Shown here piece by piece: positions 18,061 through 26,736 of a stretch of DNA of 32,000 bases. Each line of letters opens with the position of its first letter. Positions within the stretch are counted from its first letter, which is position 1. Position numbers and translations under genes: made by a program. The notes beneath the pieces were generated by a model, which worked only from the letters and a program-made list of their open reading frames with translations, had not been told where the DNA came from and searched no databases. The stretch is taken from assembly GCF_000981785.2 (NCBI RefSeq), contig NZ_CP011304.1, positions 1,080,001-1,112,000 on the forward strand, given 5' to 3'. This DNA is from Microcystis aeruginosa NIES-2549 (GTDB taxonomy: Bacteria > Cyanobacteriota > Cyanobacteriia > Cyanobacteriales > Microcystaceae).

Positions 18061-18837
18061 CTAAAACGCTTCCTGGACCATAGTTTCCTTGAGCATTTCT
18101 AAACCCTTTTTCACCCGACGGGAGACGGTGACAACACTAATACCTAATTGTTCAGCGGTTTCCCGTTGAGTAAGATCCTTAAGGAAGACAAATTCGAGAA
18201 TATGACGGGTTTTGTCTTCTAATTGAGCCAGTGCCTGTTGTAAACGAATGCAATCCTCTTGACAAAGTTGAAAGCTGCGATAACCGGGATCGGGAATGAG
18301 GTCTTTTAAACAAGTATTATTATCTTCATCGTTATTAACCGTCGCATCGAGACTAAGAGGTTCACGATTTTGGAAAGCCAGTTTTACCTCTTGCCATTCT
18401 TCGAGGGAAATATTTAAAGCGAGGGAGATTTCCGTATCATTGGGTTGACGGTTGTGGACAGTTTGGAAATCCCGACGCACATTTGTCGCTTGTCTGCCTA
18501 AATCCAACCAACGGCGAGGAATCCGAACCGTGTAACCTTTATCGCGTAAATAGTGTTGAATTTCGCCGCGAATATAGGGAATAGCGAAAGAACTAAAAGC
18601 ATGACCTTTGCTGCTGTCAAAACGATTGATCGCCCGAATTAACCCCATACAGCCAACCTGCACTAAATCTTCGTAATTTTCATGGCATTGATTGACCCAA
18701 TGATGAGCTTCCCTTCTGACTAATCCTAGGTTCAACTCCATAATCCGATCCCGTAACTTATTCTCGCCTGTTTTTTGGTATTTTTGAAACAGGCTAAGAG
18801 TTTCCAGCTTAAGATTTTCTTTATTTAGGACAGACAT
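18061..18837 (-). CDS. sigF: group 3 sigma factor, SigF-like
   Basis: 258 aa containing LVQVGCMGLIRAINRFD..GHAFSSFAIPYIRGEIQHYLRD and the C-terminal HTH LTQRETAEQLGISVVTVSRRVKKGL. From memory it is the same length as, and colinear with, Synechocystis SigF. Confidence 0.85.
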   Translation of the reverse strand: MSVLNKENLKLETLSLFQKYQKTGENKLRDRIMELNLGLVRREAHHWVNQCHENYEDLVQVGCMGLIRAINRFDSSKGHAFSSFAIPYIRGEIQHYLRDKGYTVRIPRRWLDLGRQATNVRRDFQTVHNRQPNDTEISLALNISLEEWQEVKLAFQNREPLSLDATVNNDEDNNTCLKDLIPDPGYRSFQLCQEDCIRLQQALAQLEDKTRHILEFVFLKDLTQRETAEQLGISVVTVSRRVKKGLEMLKETMVQEAF

Positions 18838-19215
18838 AGCGTGCTAACAGACTTAAAGAACCATTGGCTGTAAAGGATCACTATTGCAATTAGCTTTGAC
18901 AAATCCCAATACATCTAGATTAGAAGCGGAAAGCAATCACAACAATGTCATTCACTCTGATTATGATACAGCCTTTATATAGAGACTTGTGTGATTTCAC
19001 GCAGTCAAGGCAGTATTTAAAGACACAAATGAGCTAAAACGCTGTAATTTAGTCAGCGCAATAAGAATTGTTAATTGAGAAGGGACAGAAGCAACCGGAT
19101 TATTCCTACAGCCTTTCTCGTAAAGGTGAAGTATAGATTAAACCTTGCCGAAGTAAGGATTTCAGACGCAAAAACTTAGCTCATCTATCGGAGAAACGCT
19201 GTAATATCTAGAAAA

Positions 19216-20292
19216 CTACAACTCAAACAAAGGCAAACTCTGATCCTTATTTTTCGGCAATTTCGCCAGTAATCCTAAATGTTCGTAGGCGGCGGCCGTC
19301 ACCACGCGACCCCGGGCAGTACGATTAAGATAACCTATTTGTAATAAATAAGGCTCATAGACCTCCTCGATTGTCTTGGCATCTTCCCCCGTGGCTGCCG
19401 CTACCGCTTCTAATCCCACGGGTCTGCCTTGAAACTGTTCGATCATCGTCTTTAATACTAATCGATCGGTCCAATCTAAACCCATAGAATCCACATTTAA
19501 TTGATTTAATCCCTCAGCGGCTAACTGGGGGGTAATCATAGTTTCTCCCTTCACCTGCACATAGTCGCGTACCCGTTTTAATAAACGATTGGCAATGCGT
19601 GGAGTTCCCCGACTGCGACGGGAAATTTCGATCGCACCTGCTTCAGTCATGGGAATATTAAAAATAGTGGCACTTCGGAGAATAATTGTGGTCAATTCCT
19701 CGACTGTATAGAAGCGCAGACGTTGAATCATGCCAAAACGATCGCGCAAAGGCGAAGTTAAAGAGCCAACTTTGGTAGTAGCACCGATTAAAGTAAAGGG
19801 AGGTAAAGAAATACTGCGAATTTTCGCCGCTTGACCCTTGCCAATCGTCACATCCAGTCGATAATCCTCCATCGCCGGGTATAATAACTCCTCCGTCACC
19901 CGATTCAGTCGATGAATTTCGTCGATAAAAAGAATATCCCGGGGTTTAAGATTGATCAGGATGCCGGTAATGTCCCGGGGACGCTCTAAAGCGGGAGCGG
20001 CCGTAATGCGGCAATTTACTCCCATCTCAGCCGCTAAAATTAAAGCCATGGTGGTTTTTCCTAATCCCGGCGGCCCGTAGAAGAGCAAATGATCGATCGC
20101 TTCTTGTCTAGCTTTGGCCGCGGCGATGGTGACTTTTAGATTAGCCTTTAAGTCCTGTTGACCGATATAATCCTCTAGGGATTGCGGACGGATCTGCGCT
20201 TCTGCTTTTTCCGTTTCTTCTATAGTGGGATTGGCAGTGAGCAGATTTTCCTCGGCAGCCGGGGGGGAATTATGCGATCGTTTGATGGCCAT
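19216..20292 (-). CDS. ruvB: Holliday junction branch migration helicase RuvB
   Basis: Contains [23 protein letters not shown] and [14 protein letters not shown]. The ATG at 20292 is preferred over the ORF-track TTG at 20304. Confidence 0.93.
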   Translation of the reverse strand: MAIKRSHNSPPAAEENLLTANPTIEETEKAEAQIRPQSLEDYIGQQDLKANLKVTIAAAKARQEAIDHLLFYGPPGLGKTTMALILAAEMGVNCRITAAPALERPRDITGILINLKPRDILFIDEIHRLNRVTEELLYPAMEDYRLDVTIGKGQAAKIRSISLPPFTLIGATTKVGSLTSPLRDRFGMIQRLRFYTVEELTTIILRSATIFNIPMTEAGAIEISRRSRGTPRIANRLLKRVRDYVQVKGETMITPQLAAEGLNQLNVDSMGLDWTDRLVLKTMIEQFQGRPVGLEAVAAATGEDAKTIEEVYEPYLLQIGYLNRTARGRVVTAAAYEHLGLLAKLPKNKDQSLPLFEL

Positions 20293-20315
20293 TGTTACAA
20301 TCAAGAGTCTAGGAT

Positions 20316-21080
20316 ATGTTAGCGAAGCGGATTTTGCCTTGTTTGGATGTCAATAAAGGTCGGGTAGTGAAAGGGGTTAATTTTGTCAATCTTCAGGATG
20401 CTGGCGACCCCGTGGAGTTAGCCCGCTTGTATAATCAGGCAGGGGCCGATGAGTTGGTTTTTCTTGATATTACTGCTACCCATGAAGATCGCGACACGAT
20501 TATTGATGTAGTCTATCGCACGGCGGAACAGGTTTTTATTCCTCTGACCGTGGGGGGTGGTATCCAATCCTTAGAAAATATTAAAAATTTGTTAAGAGCC
20601 GGGGCCGATAAAGTCAGCATTAACTCGGCTGCCGTGCGCGATCCACAATTGCTCGATCGAGCCAGCGATCGCTTTGGGAAACAGTGTATTGTGGTGGCAA
20701 TCGATGCTAGACGACGTAGGGATGAGCATAACCCCGGTTGGGAGGTTTATGTTCGGGGTGGACGCGAAAATACGGGTATTGATGCTTTATTATGGGCGCA
20801 AGAAGTGGAAAAACGCGGGGCGGGTGAGTTGTTAGTTACCAGTATGGATGCCGACGGCACGCAAGCGGGTTACGATCTGGAATTGACAAAAGCGATCGCG
20901 GAAAGGGTGGAGATTCCTGTGATTGCTTCGGGAGGAGCGGGTAATTGTCAGCATATTTACGAAGCATTGACGGAAGGGCGGGCAGAAGCGGCTTTATTGG
21001 CTTCTTTACTCCATTATGGTCAATTAACCATCGCTGAGGTCAAAAATTATCTGCAAAATCAACAAGTACCCGTGCGTTAG
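20316..21080 (+). CDS. hisF: imidazole glycerol phosphate synthase, cyclase subunit HisF
   Basis: 254 aa containing [39 protein letters not shown]. Confidence 0.95.
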   Translation: MLAKRILPCLDVNKGRVVKGVNFVNLQDAGDPVELARLYNQAGADELVFLDITATHEDRDTIIDVVYRTAEQVFIPLTVGGGIQSLENIKNLLRAGADKVSINSAAVRDPQLLDRASDRFGKQCIVVAIDARRRRDEHNPGWEVYVRGGRENTGIDALLWAQEVEKRGAGELLVTSMDADGTQAGYDLELTKAIAERVEIPVIASGGAGNCQHIYEALTEGRAEAALLASLLHYGQLTIAEVKNYLQNQQVPVR

Positions 21081-21089
21081 CCCGGGAAA

Positions 21090-21308
21090 ATGAGGGCAAG
21101 ATTAGCAGAACTTAATCTAGTGATTGAGTCGGTTAATGTTATTAGTTGCTGCCGATTTCTTCGGACTGAAACCCAAGAAGAGCAAGGTTTACAGCTATTA
21201 CTGAAAGCTAACGGCCGACGGCTGACAGCCCCGATCGAGCAACCGGCAAAAATCCCTGTTTTTAACTTCCGTCCGATTATCCCTGGGGAAAATTATGTAT
21301 TAGAATAG
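21090..21308 (+). CDS. hypothetical 72-aa protein
   Basis: The ORF starts 9 nt after the hisF stop. The RBS is weak and no family is recognised. Confidence 0.3.
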   Translation: MRARLAELNLVIESVNVISCCRFLRTETQEEQGLQLLLKANGRRLTAPIEQPAKIPVFNFRPIIPGENYVLE

Positions 21309-21332
21309 AGGAAAGTTAACAAAATTTAAAAT

Positions 21333-21533
21333 ATGTTAGTTCCGATTCTCATCTTTGACCTCGGTCTTGTGGCCTGGTCATTGCATCTGATGCAGCAAGC
21401 GTTCGACCAGCAAGAGTTTTCCTTGATGCTGGCGGGAACCTTAGTAGCAGCAGCGGCAGCGGCTATGTTAGTAGTTTATTTCCTCATGGGTCACTGTTTA
21501 ACCTATTTAACCCAAATTCCGGCTCCTGTCTAA
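21333..21533 (+). CDS. hypothetical small membrane protein (2 predicted TM helices)
   Basis: 66 aa with two hydrophobic stretches: LVPILIFDLGLVAWSL and LAGTLVAAAAAAMLVVYFLMG. Confidence 0.4.
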   Translation: MLVPILIFDLGLVAWSLHLMQQAFDQQEFSLMLAGTLVAAAAAAMLVVYFLMGHCLTYLTQIPAPV

Positions 21534-21605
21534 ATGGGGGCGATTGTTTTACCATTGTCTATGAGCGATCGCCTTTTGTCTGACAAATTTTTTTCTCTTC
21601 ACCCC

Positions 21606-21634
21606 TTGACAAAAAATTATATTTAAGCTATATT
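21606..21634 (+). promoter_or_regulatory. near-consensus sigma-70 promoter for tRNA-Ala
   Basis: TTGACA, 17 nt, TATATT, ending 16 nt before the tRNA 5' end. Confidence 0.6.
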
Positions 21635-21650
21635 CAAAGATGGTCTTCAA

Positions 21651-21723
21651 GGGGTTATAGCTCAGTTGGTAGAGCACCTCAATGGCATTGAGGGGGTCAG
21701 CGGTTCGAATCCGCTTAGCTCCA
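21651..21723 (+). tRNA. tRNA-Ala (anticodon GGC), CCA not encoded
   Basis: Manual cloverleaf: acceptor GGGGTTA/TAGCTCC with the G3:U70 alanine identity pair, D arm GCTC-AGTTGGTA-GAGC, anticodon arm CCTCA-AT GGC AT-TGAGG, and T arm AGCGG-TTCGAAT-CCGCT. Confidence 0.93.
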
Positions 21724-21785
21724 TAGGGTTAGGATAAGAGTTTCGGGATTACTTGAGACTAGAAAAGTAACGAGGAGATGCTAGA

Positions 21786-22952
21786 TTGAAAGAGGATTTC
21801 TGGTTAGAAAAGTCTCTTTTTACCTCGATACTATCTCAGGACGAAATTAGTTATATGATAGAGCTTTTTAAGCAACTACCTCGTTGGTTGCGGCTAAGTC
21901 TAGTTTTTCCGCTCTTATTTCTCAATGGTTGGTTATTATTCCAATTATTTAGCTATCTAGAACCCTTAGTCAGTATTTTTGTCACTGCTAGTTTACTAGC
22001 TTTTGTCTTAGATGTTCCCATCAAACTGCTGCAAAGACGCGGGGTTAATCGCAGTGGTTCGATCGCTATTGTCTTTTTAATTGCCCTATTAATTTTAATT
22101 GTTTTAGGTTTAATTTTAATTCCCCAGATTGTCGAGCAATTAAGCAGTTTAATCAATAGTTTGCCCCAGTGGATCGAGTCGGGAACCGAACAGATACAAA
22201 ATTTAGAAAAGTGGGATAAAACTCAGAAATATGCGATTTATATCGAGCAATCAATCACCCAGTTATCGGAACGACTAACCAATGTTTTACAAACTCTTAG
22301 CACTCAATTACTAAGCTTTGTGCTGGGAACTATCAACAGTATCCTAAACATTCTCTTTGTTCTAGTTCTCACCGTCTTTCTGGTTCTCTATGGCGAACAA
22401 ATTTGGGAGGGAATTTTAAGTTGGATTCCCTCTCCCTGGAATCTCAAATTAAGAACGATTATTCGTCAAACTTTTGAAACTTATTTTGCCGGTCAAACCA
22501 TTTTAGCGGGAATTCTCAGCCTTGCTCAAATTTTTGTTTTTGTGATTCTCAAGGTCGATTATGCCCTATTATTCGGGGTGGCGATCGGTATAACTACATT
22601 AATTCCTTTTGCCAGTGCCTTTACCATTATTGGCATCAGTACCCTACTGATGTTTCAAGATTTTTGGTTAGGGTTAAAAGTTTTGACCCTGACTATTATT
22701 GTCGGTCAAATTAATGATAATGTCATCGCCCCTCGGTTAATGGGAGGTATGATCGGACTTAATCCCGTCTGGATTATTCTATCTCTTTTTATCGGTGGCA
22801 AAGTAGCAGGAATTCTCGGTTTATTGATAGCAGTTCCCATCGCTAGTGTGCTGAAAAGTACCATCGATATTATCCGCTCACAGCAGCGGGAAAAAGAACC
22901 GGTAGTTTTCCTAGAAGAAACGGTGAAAAATTCCTCGGAGGAGAGCAAATAA
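21786..22952 (+). CDS. AI-2E family transporter (PerM / UPF0118 permease)
   Basis: 388-aa polytopic ORF with ..QINDNVIAPRLMG.. and a C-terminal GLLIAVPIAS segment. TTG start 8 nt after GAGGAG. Confidence 0.85.
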   Translation: MKEDFWLEKSLFTSILSQDEISYMIELFKQLPRWLRLSLVFPLLFLNGWLLFQLFSYLEPLVSIFVTASLLAFVLDVPIKLLQRRGVNRSGSIAIVFLIALLILIVLGLILIPQIVEQLSSLINSLPQWIESGTEQIQNLEKWDKTQKYAIYIEQSITQLSERLTNVLQTLSTQLLSFVLGTINSILNILFVLVLTVFLVLYGEQIWEGILSWIPSPWNLKLRTIIRQTFETYFAGQTILAGILSLAQIFVFVILKVDYALLFGVAIGITTLIPFASAFTIIGISTLLMFQDFWLGLKVLTLTIIVGQINDNVIAPRLMGGMIGLNPVWIILSLFIGGKVAGILGLLIAVPIASVLKSTIDIIRSQQREKEPVVFLEETVKNSSEESK

Positions 22953-23015
22953 TCATAAATCCTGTTTTTTCAGTGAACAGTAAACAGTAATGAGTGAATT
23001 GAAAACTCACATCTG

Positions 23016-23057
23016 CTAACTGCTAACTGATAACTGATAACTGATAACTGATAACTG
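23016..23057. repeat. heptamer STR (CTAACTG x2, ATAACTG x4) abutting the stop codon of the RNase H-ACT gene
   Basis: Direct reading. The unit is the reverse complement of the unit at 14861-14881. It is preceded by looser CAGTRAN heptamers at 22971-22998. Confidence 0.85.
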
Positions 23058-23897
23058 TTATGAGCGGCTAATTTCTTCGAGAATAGCCATCGCTTCTGTC
23101 ACCCTATCCCTAGGGATAAATAAATGATCGTGATAATAACCAGAAATGACATTGACGCTAATTGCCGCTTCGGCCAGTTTCTTGCTAATCACCGCTAAAA
23201 ATCCCACCGCCGCTAAACTAGAATGCACAGAAAGAGTAATTTGTCTATAAATATATTTGTACTGTAAGTTCTGGCGATCGGCTTGCTGACGGGGAATAAT
23301 CACCGTTATGCCTTCCTCTTCCTGAAATTGGCAGATAGGAGTTAATTGTAGCTGTTCTAGTCCTGTGGCTGTTAGGGAAGAAAAAACGAATTCTTCGGTA
23401 TTTAGGACTGGTTTCAGGGATTGGAGCAGAATATTGAGGTTAGTTTCGCCTTCCTTCGGTTTTTCTGGCGATTTTTTCGCCGCATCCATACAATGATTAG
23501 CGGCAGCGTCAGCCAAACTATTTTTAGCTCGTTCAATCCAGCGCCAGCTAATGCGATCGAATTGGGCGACTAATTGACAAGCACGCTGATAAAAGGGACG
23601 TAAACTATCGCTTTTTACCTTCCAGTCTCCCTTAACTTGATTGATGACTAATTGACTGTCTCCCCGAATTTCTAGGCTTTTTAAGCCTAATTCTTGGGCT
23701 TTTTCCAATCCAATAATCAATCCCGTGTATTCAGCCTCGTTATTAGTGGCCCTCTCCATATATCTAGTCGTAGTCAAGGAATTACCCTCGGCTAAAACTA
23801 TTACCGCTGCACCGGCTGCTCTCCCCGGATTGCCGCGAGAACCACCATCAAAATAGAGAATTGCTGAATTATCGGTTTTTTGAGCTTTTTTATCCAT
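23058..23897 (-). CDS. RNase H (RNase HI / RVT_3-like) fused to a C-terminal ACT-like domain
   Basis: The N-terminal half contains YFDGGSRGNPG.AG.G..NNEAEY.GLI.GLE....IRGDSQLVINQ..G.W..K...L, which carries the DEDD-type RNase H residues. The C-terminal ~120 aa (FVFSSL...ITLSVHSSLAAVGFLAVISKKLAEAAISVNVISGYYHDHLFIP) resembles ACT_7-type ligand-binding domains. Confidence 0.8.
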   Translation of the reverse strand: MDKKAQKTDNSAILYFDGGSRGNPGRAAGAAVIVLAEGNSLTTTRYMERATNNEAEYTGLIIGLEKAQELGLKSLEIRGDSQLVINQVKGDWKVKSDSLRPFYQRACQLVAQFDRISWRWIERAKNSLADAAANHCMDAAKKSPEKPKEGETNLNILLQSLKPVLNTEEFVFSSLTATGLEQLQLTPICQFQEEEGITVIIPRQQADRQNLQYKYIYRQITLSVHSSLAAVGFLAVISKKLAEAAISVNVISGYYHDHLFIPRDRVTEAMAILEEISRS

Positions 23898-24117
23898 AAT
23901 TTTCGTTAATAAATCTTGTTATCTCCATTTTTATCCCTTTGACAATTGTAGGCGGTAGCGATTCCTGTCGGCAAAGCGGACAAGCAAGATTTTAGCCGAT
24001 CGCCGCTACTGGGTAACTTTTTTTTCTTCAGGTTATTGACAATTATTTGCAGTTGTCGGTTATACTGAGAACATCAGCCTAGAGTTATATTGCTAATAGT
24101 TCTCAATTAAAAGCCCC

Positions 24118-24360
24118 ATGGGTATAGACAAATGGCCATCGGAAGGTGAGAAAATCTTCAATATTAGTGCTTGGGATCGCTGGCAGGTCTACCACTGGCT
24201 CCAGGCCCTAGACATTGAATGTAAATGCTCGCTCCATAAGCTTTTGCCGGTTCGCATCGAGGGACAGGATCAACTTTTACAGCTGTGGATTGTCCTGCGA
24301 TGGGTAGAGGCTTCCCAAGGCTGTTTAATCGCTTGGCTGGAAACCTGTTGGCGGGTATAA
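24118..24360 (+). CDS. small cyanobacterial conserved protein (Asr1405/Asl0597-like)
   Basis: 80 aa containing W.RWQVYHWLQALDIEC.C. The family assignment is from memory only. Confidence 0.5.
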   Translation: MGIDKWPSEGEKIFNISAWDRWQVYHWLQALDIECKCSLHKLLPVRIEGQDQLLQLWIVLRWVEASQGCLIAWLETCWRV

Positions 24361-24404
24361 TCCTTGAGAAAAATTAGCAATCTGAGAGTAAAAAGTGAGA
24401 AAGT

Positions 24405-24980
24405 ATGTCAAAATCTGTAACTACCATGGTTCCCTTTCAAGTAGTCGGTCAATTCCTCGGTTTTGTCCTCAAGGACGGATATAAGGTAAAATACCTGAGA
24501 ATCAGTGTTGATAAACGGGAATATTGGTTTAAGCCCGAAAAAACACTGCGAGACCACATACCTCTCAATATTGCTCTCCACTCATGGCTAAAAGTGACGG
24601 GAGAAAGTAGTCTTTGTTCAAAAAAGGGAAAATTAAAACTGAGGGTACTAGGGATTGAGCATTTATCCGGGGAAAAAACCCCAGAAGTGGCCCCAGTAAA
24701 AGCGCAAAAAGCCACCGTCTTAATCTGTCAGAAGTCCGATTGTTGGAAAAATGGCGGTGCGAGAGTCTGCCAAAGGTTAGAGAGTGGTTTAGAGGAAAAA
24801 GGACTGGGAGAAGCGGTGAATATTAAATTAACCGGCTGTTTAAAACAGTGCAAAAAAGGCCCGAATCTGGTGGTTATGCCCGATAAAAAGCATTATAATC
24901 AGGTAGCTCCCCAAGATGTCCCCTCCCTAATCGAGCGGCATTTTGCCACTTCTGAGCAAGGGAATAGCCTATCAGTTTAA
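24405..24980 (+). CDS. thioredoxin-like [2Fe-2S] ferredoxin domain protein with an N-terminal extension
   Basis: The C-terminal half contains VLICQKSDCWKNGG..VC..L......TGCLKQCKKGPNLVVMPD, a four-Cys NuoE-like pattern. Confidence 0.75.
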   Translation: MSKSVTTMVPFQVVGQFLGFVLKDGYKVKYLRISVDKREYWFKPEKTLRDHIPLNIALHSWLKVTGESSLCSKKGKLKLRVLGIEHLSGEKTPEVAPVKAQKATVLICQKSDCWKNGGARVCQRLESGLEEKGLGEAVNIKLTGCLKQCKKGPNLVVMPDKKHYNQVAPQDVPSLIERHFATSEQGNSLSV

Positions 24981-25101
24981 CCAGAAATTTAATCGGCGAT
25001 CACTATTGACAAACGATCTTTTTTGTGTATCAAAGGGACGAAGTGCCTAAAATTGTAATAAATTAGGGGTAGAAAAAGTCAATTCTTGCCACCGATAATT
25101 T

Positions 25102-25956
25102 ATGACTGCTGCCACTGCAACCTTGTTAATTTCTTGTCCCGACCAGATTGGTCTGGTGGCGAAAATCGCTAATTTTATCTACGCTAATGGCGGCAATATT
25201 ATCCACGCCGACCAACACACGGATTTTTCGGCGGGATTGTTTCTGATGCGGATAGAATGGCAATTAGAGGGGTTTAATTTATCCCGTGGGATGATCGAAC
25301 CAGCTTTCGCCGCTATTGCCAAACCTTTGCAGGCTAGTTGGTCTTTACATTTTTCCGATACTGTCCCGCGTCTAGCTATTTGGGTGACAAAACAGGAGCA
25401 TTGTCTCCTCGATTTATTATGGCGACAACAGGCGGGAGAAATTAGGGCAGAAATTCCTTTAATTATTAGCAATCATCGACAATTACAATCAGTTGCCAAT
25501 CAATTTGGTATTGATTTTTATCATCTTCCTATTACTGCCGAAACCAAGATTGAACAGGAAGCCAGACAATTAGATTTACTGCGGGAATATCGGATAGATT
25601 TAGTGATTTTAGCGAAATATATGCAGGTTCTCACCCCAGATTTTATTAACTTTTTTCCCAATATTATCAATATTCATCATTCTTTTTTACCGGCTTTTGC
25701 GGGAGCTAATCCCTATCAACGGGCTTACGATCGAGGAGTAAAAATTATTGGAGCTACCGCCCATTATATCACTGCCGATCTCGATCAGGGGCCAATTATC
25801 GAGCAGGATGTGGTCAGAGTTAGCCATCGCGATACCGTAGCAGATTTAATTCGTCAAGGTAAGGATTTAGAAAGGGTGGTGTTAGCGCGAGCGGTACGTT
25901 TACACTTGCAAAATCGCGTTTTGGTTTACGCTAATCGCACGGTAGTGTTCACTTAA
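25102..25956 (+). CDS. purU: formyltetrahydrofolate deformylase
   Basis: 284 aa with an N-terminal ACT domain (LLISCPDQIGLVAKIANFI) and a formyl transferase core (NIHHSFLPAF.GANPY.RA...GVK.IGATAHY.T..LD.GPII.Q). Confidence 0.93.
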   Translation: MTAATATLLISCPDQIGLVAKIANFIYANGGNIIHADQHTDFSAGLFLMRIEWQLEGFNLSRGMIEPAFAAIAKPLQASWSLHFSDTVPRLAIWVTKQEHCLLDLLWRQQAGEIRAEIPLIISNHRQLQSVANQFGIDFYHLPITAETKIEQEARQLDLLREYRIDLVILAKYMQVLTPDFINFFPNIINIHHSFLPAFAGANPYQRAYDRGVKIIGATAHYITADLDQGPIIEQDVVRVSHRDTVADLIRQGKDLERVVLARAVRLHLQNRVLVYANRTVVFT

Positions 25957-26069
25957 AATGGTATAAGATGTACTTGACAAAAAAGAGAGCATTGAAGGTT
26001 AAAAATTAGGAAGTACCGGCGCAATTGACTAAAATAGTAATAGACCAAATCAGAGAGAAAAAATCATCT

Positions 26070-26699
26070 ATGGCAACTACATCAGAAGACGTATGGCGAC
26101 TCTTAGCCGAATTAACTGCCGCTCAAAAAGAAACTGACCGACAACTCAAGGAAGTCAGTCAACAACAGAAGGAGACTGAACTACTATTGAAGGAAGTTAG
26201 TCAACAACAGAAGGAAAACGCCCAACAACAGAAAGAAACTGACAAACAACTCAAAGAACTGGGCAAACAAATTGGGGGACTCGGTGCCAAATTCGGCAGC
26301 TTTACCGAAGGACTTGCCCTTCCTTCAATGGAAACGATTCTCAGACAACGCTTTGGTATGGAAGTTATCAGTCCCAGTGTGCGAGTCAGTAAAGAAGGAC
26401 AACACCTAGAAATTGATGTTCTTGCCTATAGCAATGGTGAGCTAAATACTGCTTATATCGTTGAGGTTAAAAGTCATGCCAGAGAGGATTCTATTACACA
26501 ATTAAAAAGTATTTTGCAACGGTTTCGCCGCTTTTTTCCTGAACACAAAGATAAAAAACTCTATGGCATATTAGCGGCGGTTGATTTATCCCCGGAATTA
26601 CGCGAAAAAATTCTGCAAGAAGGGCTTTATGTGGCTCGGATTCATGACCAAGTATTTGAATTAGATATTCCCGATAATTTTCAACCTCAAACCTATTAA
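26070..26699 (+). CDS. coiled-coil plus PD-(D/E)XK-like protein (DUF3782-type)
   Basis: ATG at 26070 (the track TTG is at 26025). The N-terminus has a repeated LKEVSQQQKE unit. The C-terminus has EIDVLAYSNGE..AYIVEVKS, a restriction-endonuclease-like D..E.K arrangement. Confidence 0.7.
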   Translation: MATTSEDVWRLLAELTAAQKETDRQLKEVSQQQKETELLLKEVSQQQKENAQQQKETDKQLKELGKQIGGLGAKFGSFTEGLALPSMETILRQRFGMEVISPSVRVSKEGQHLEIDVLAYSNGELNTAYIVEVKSHAREDSITQLKSILQRFRRFFPEHKDKKLYGILAAVDLSPELREKILQEGLYVARIHDQVFELDIPDNFQPQTY

Positions 26700-26736
26700 A
26701 TAACCCTGCCTTTAGGAAAAACTTTTTCAGTAAGCT

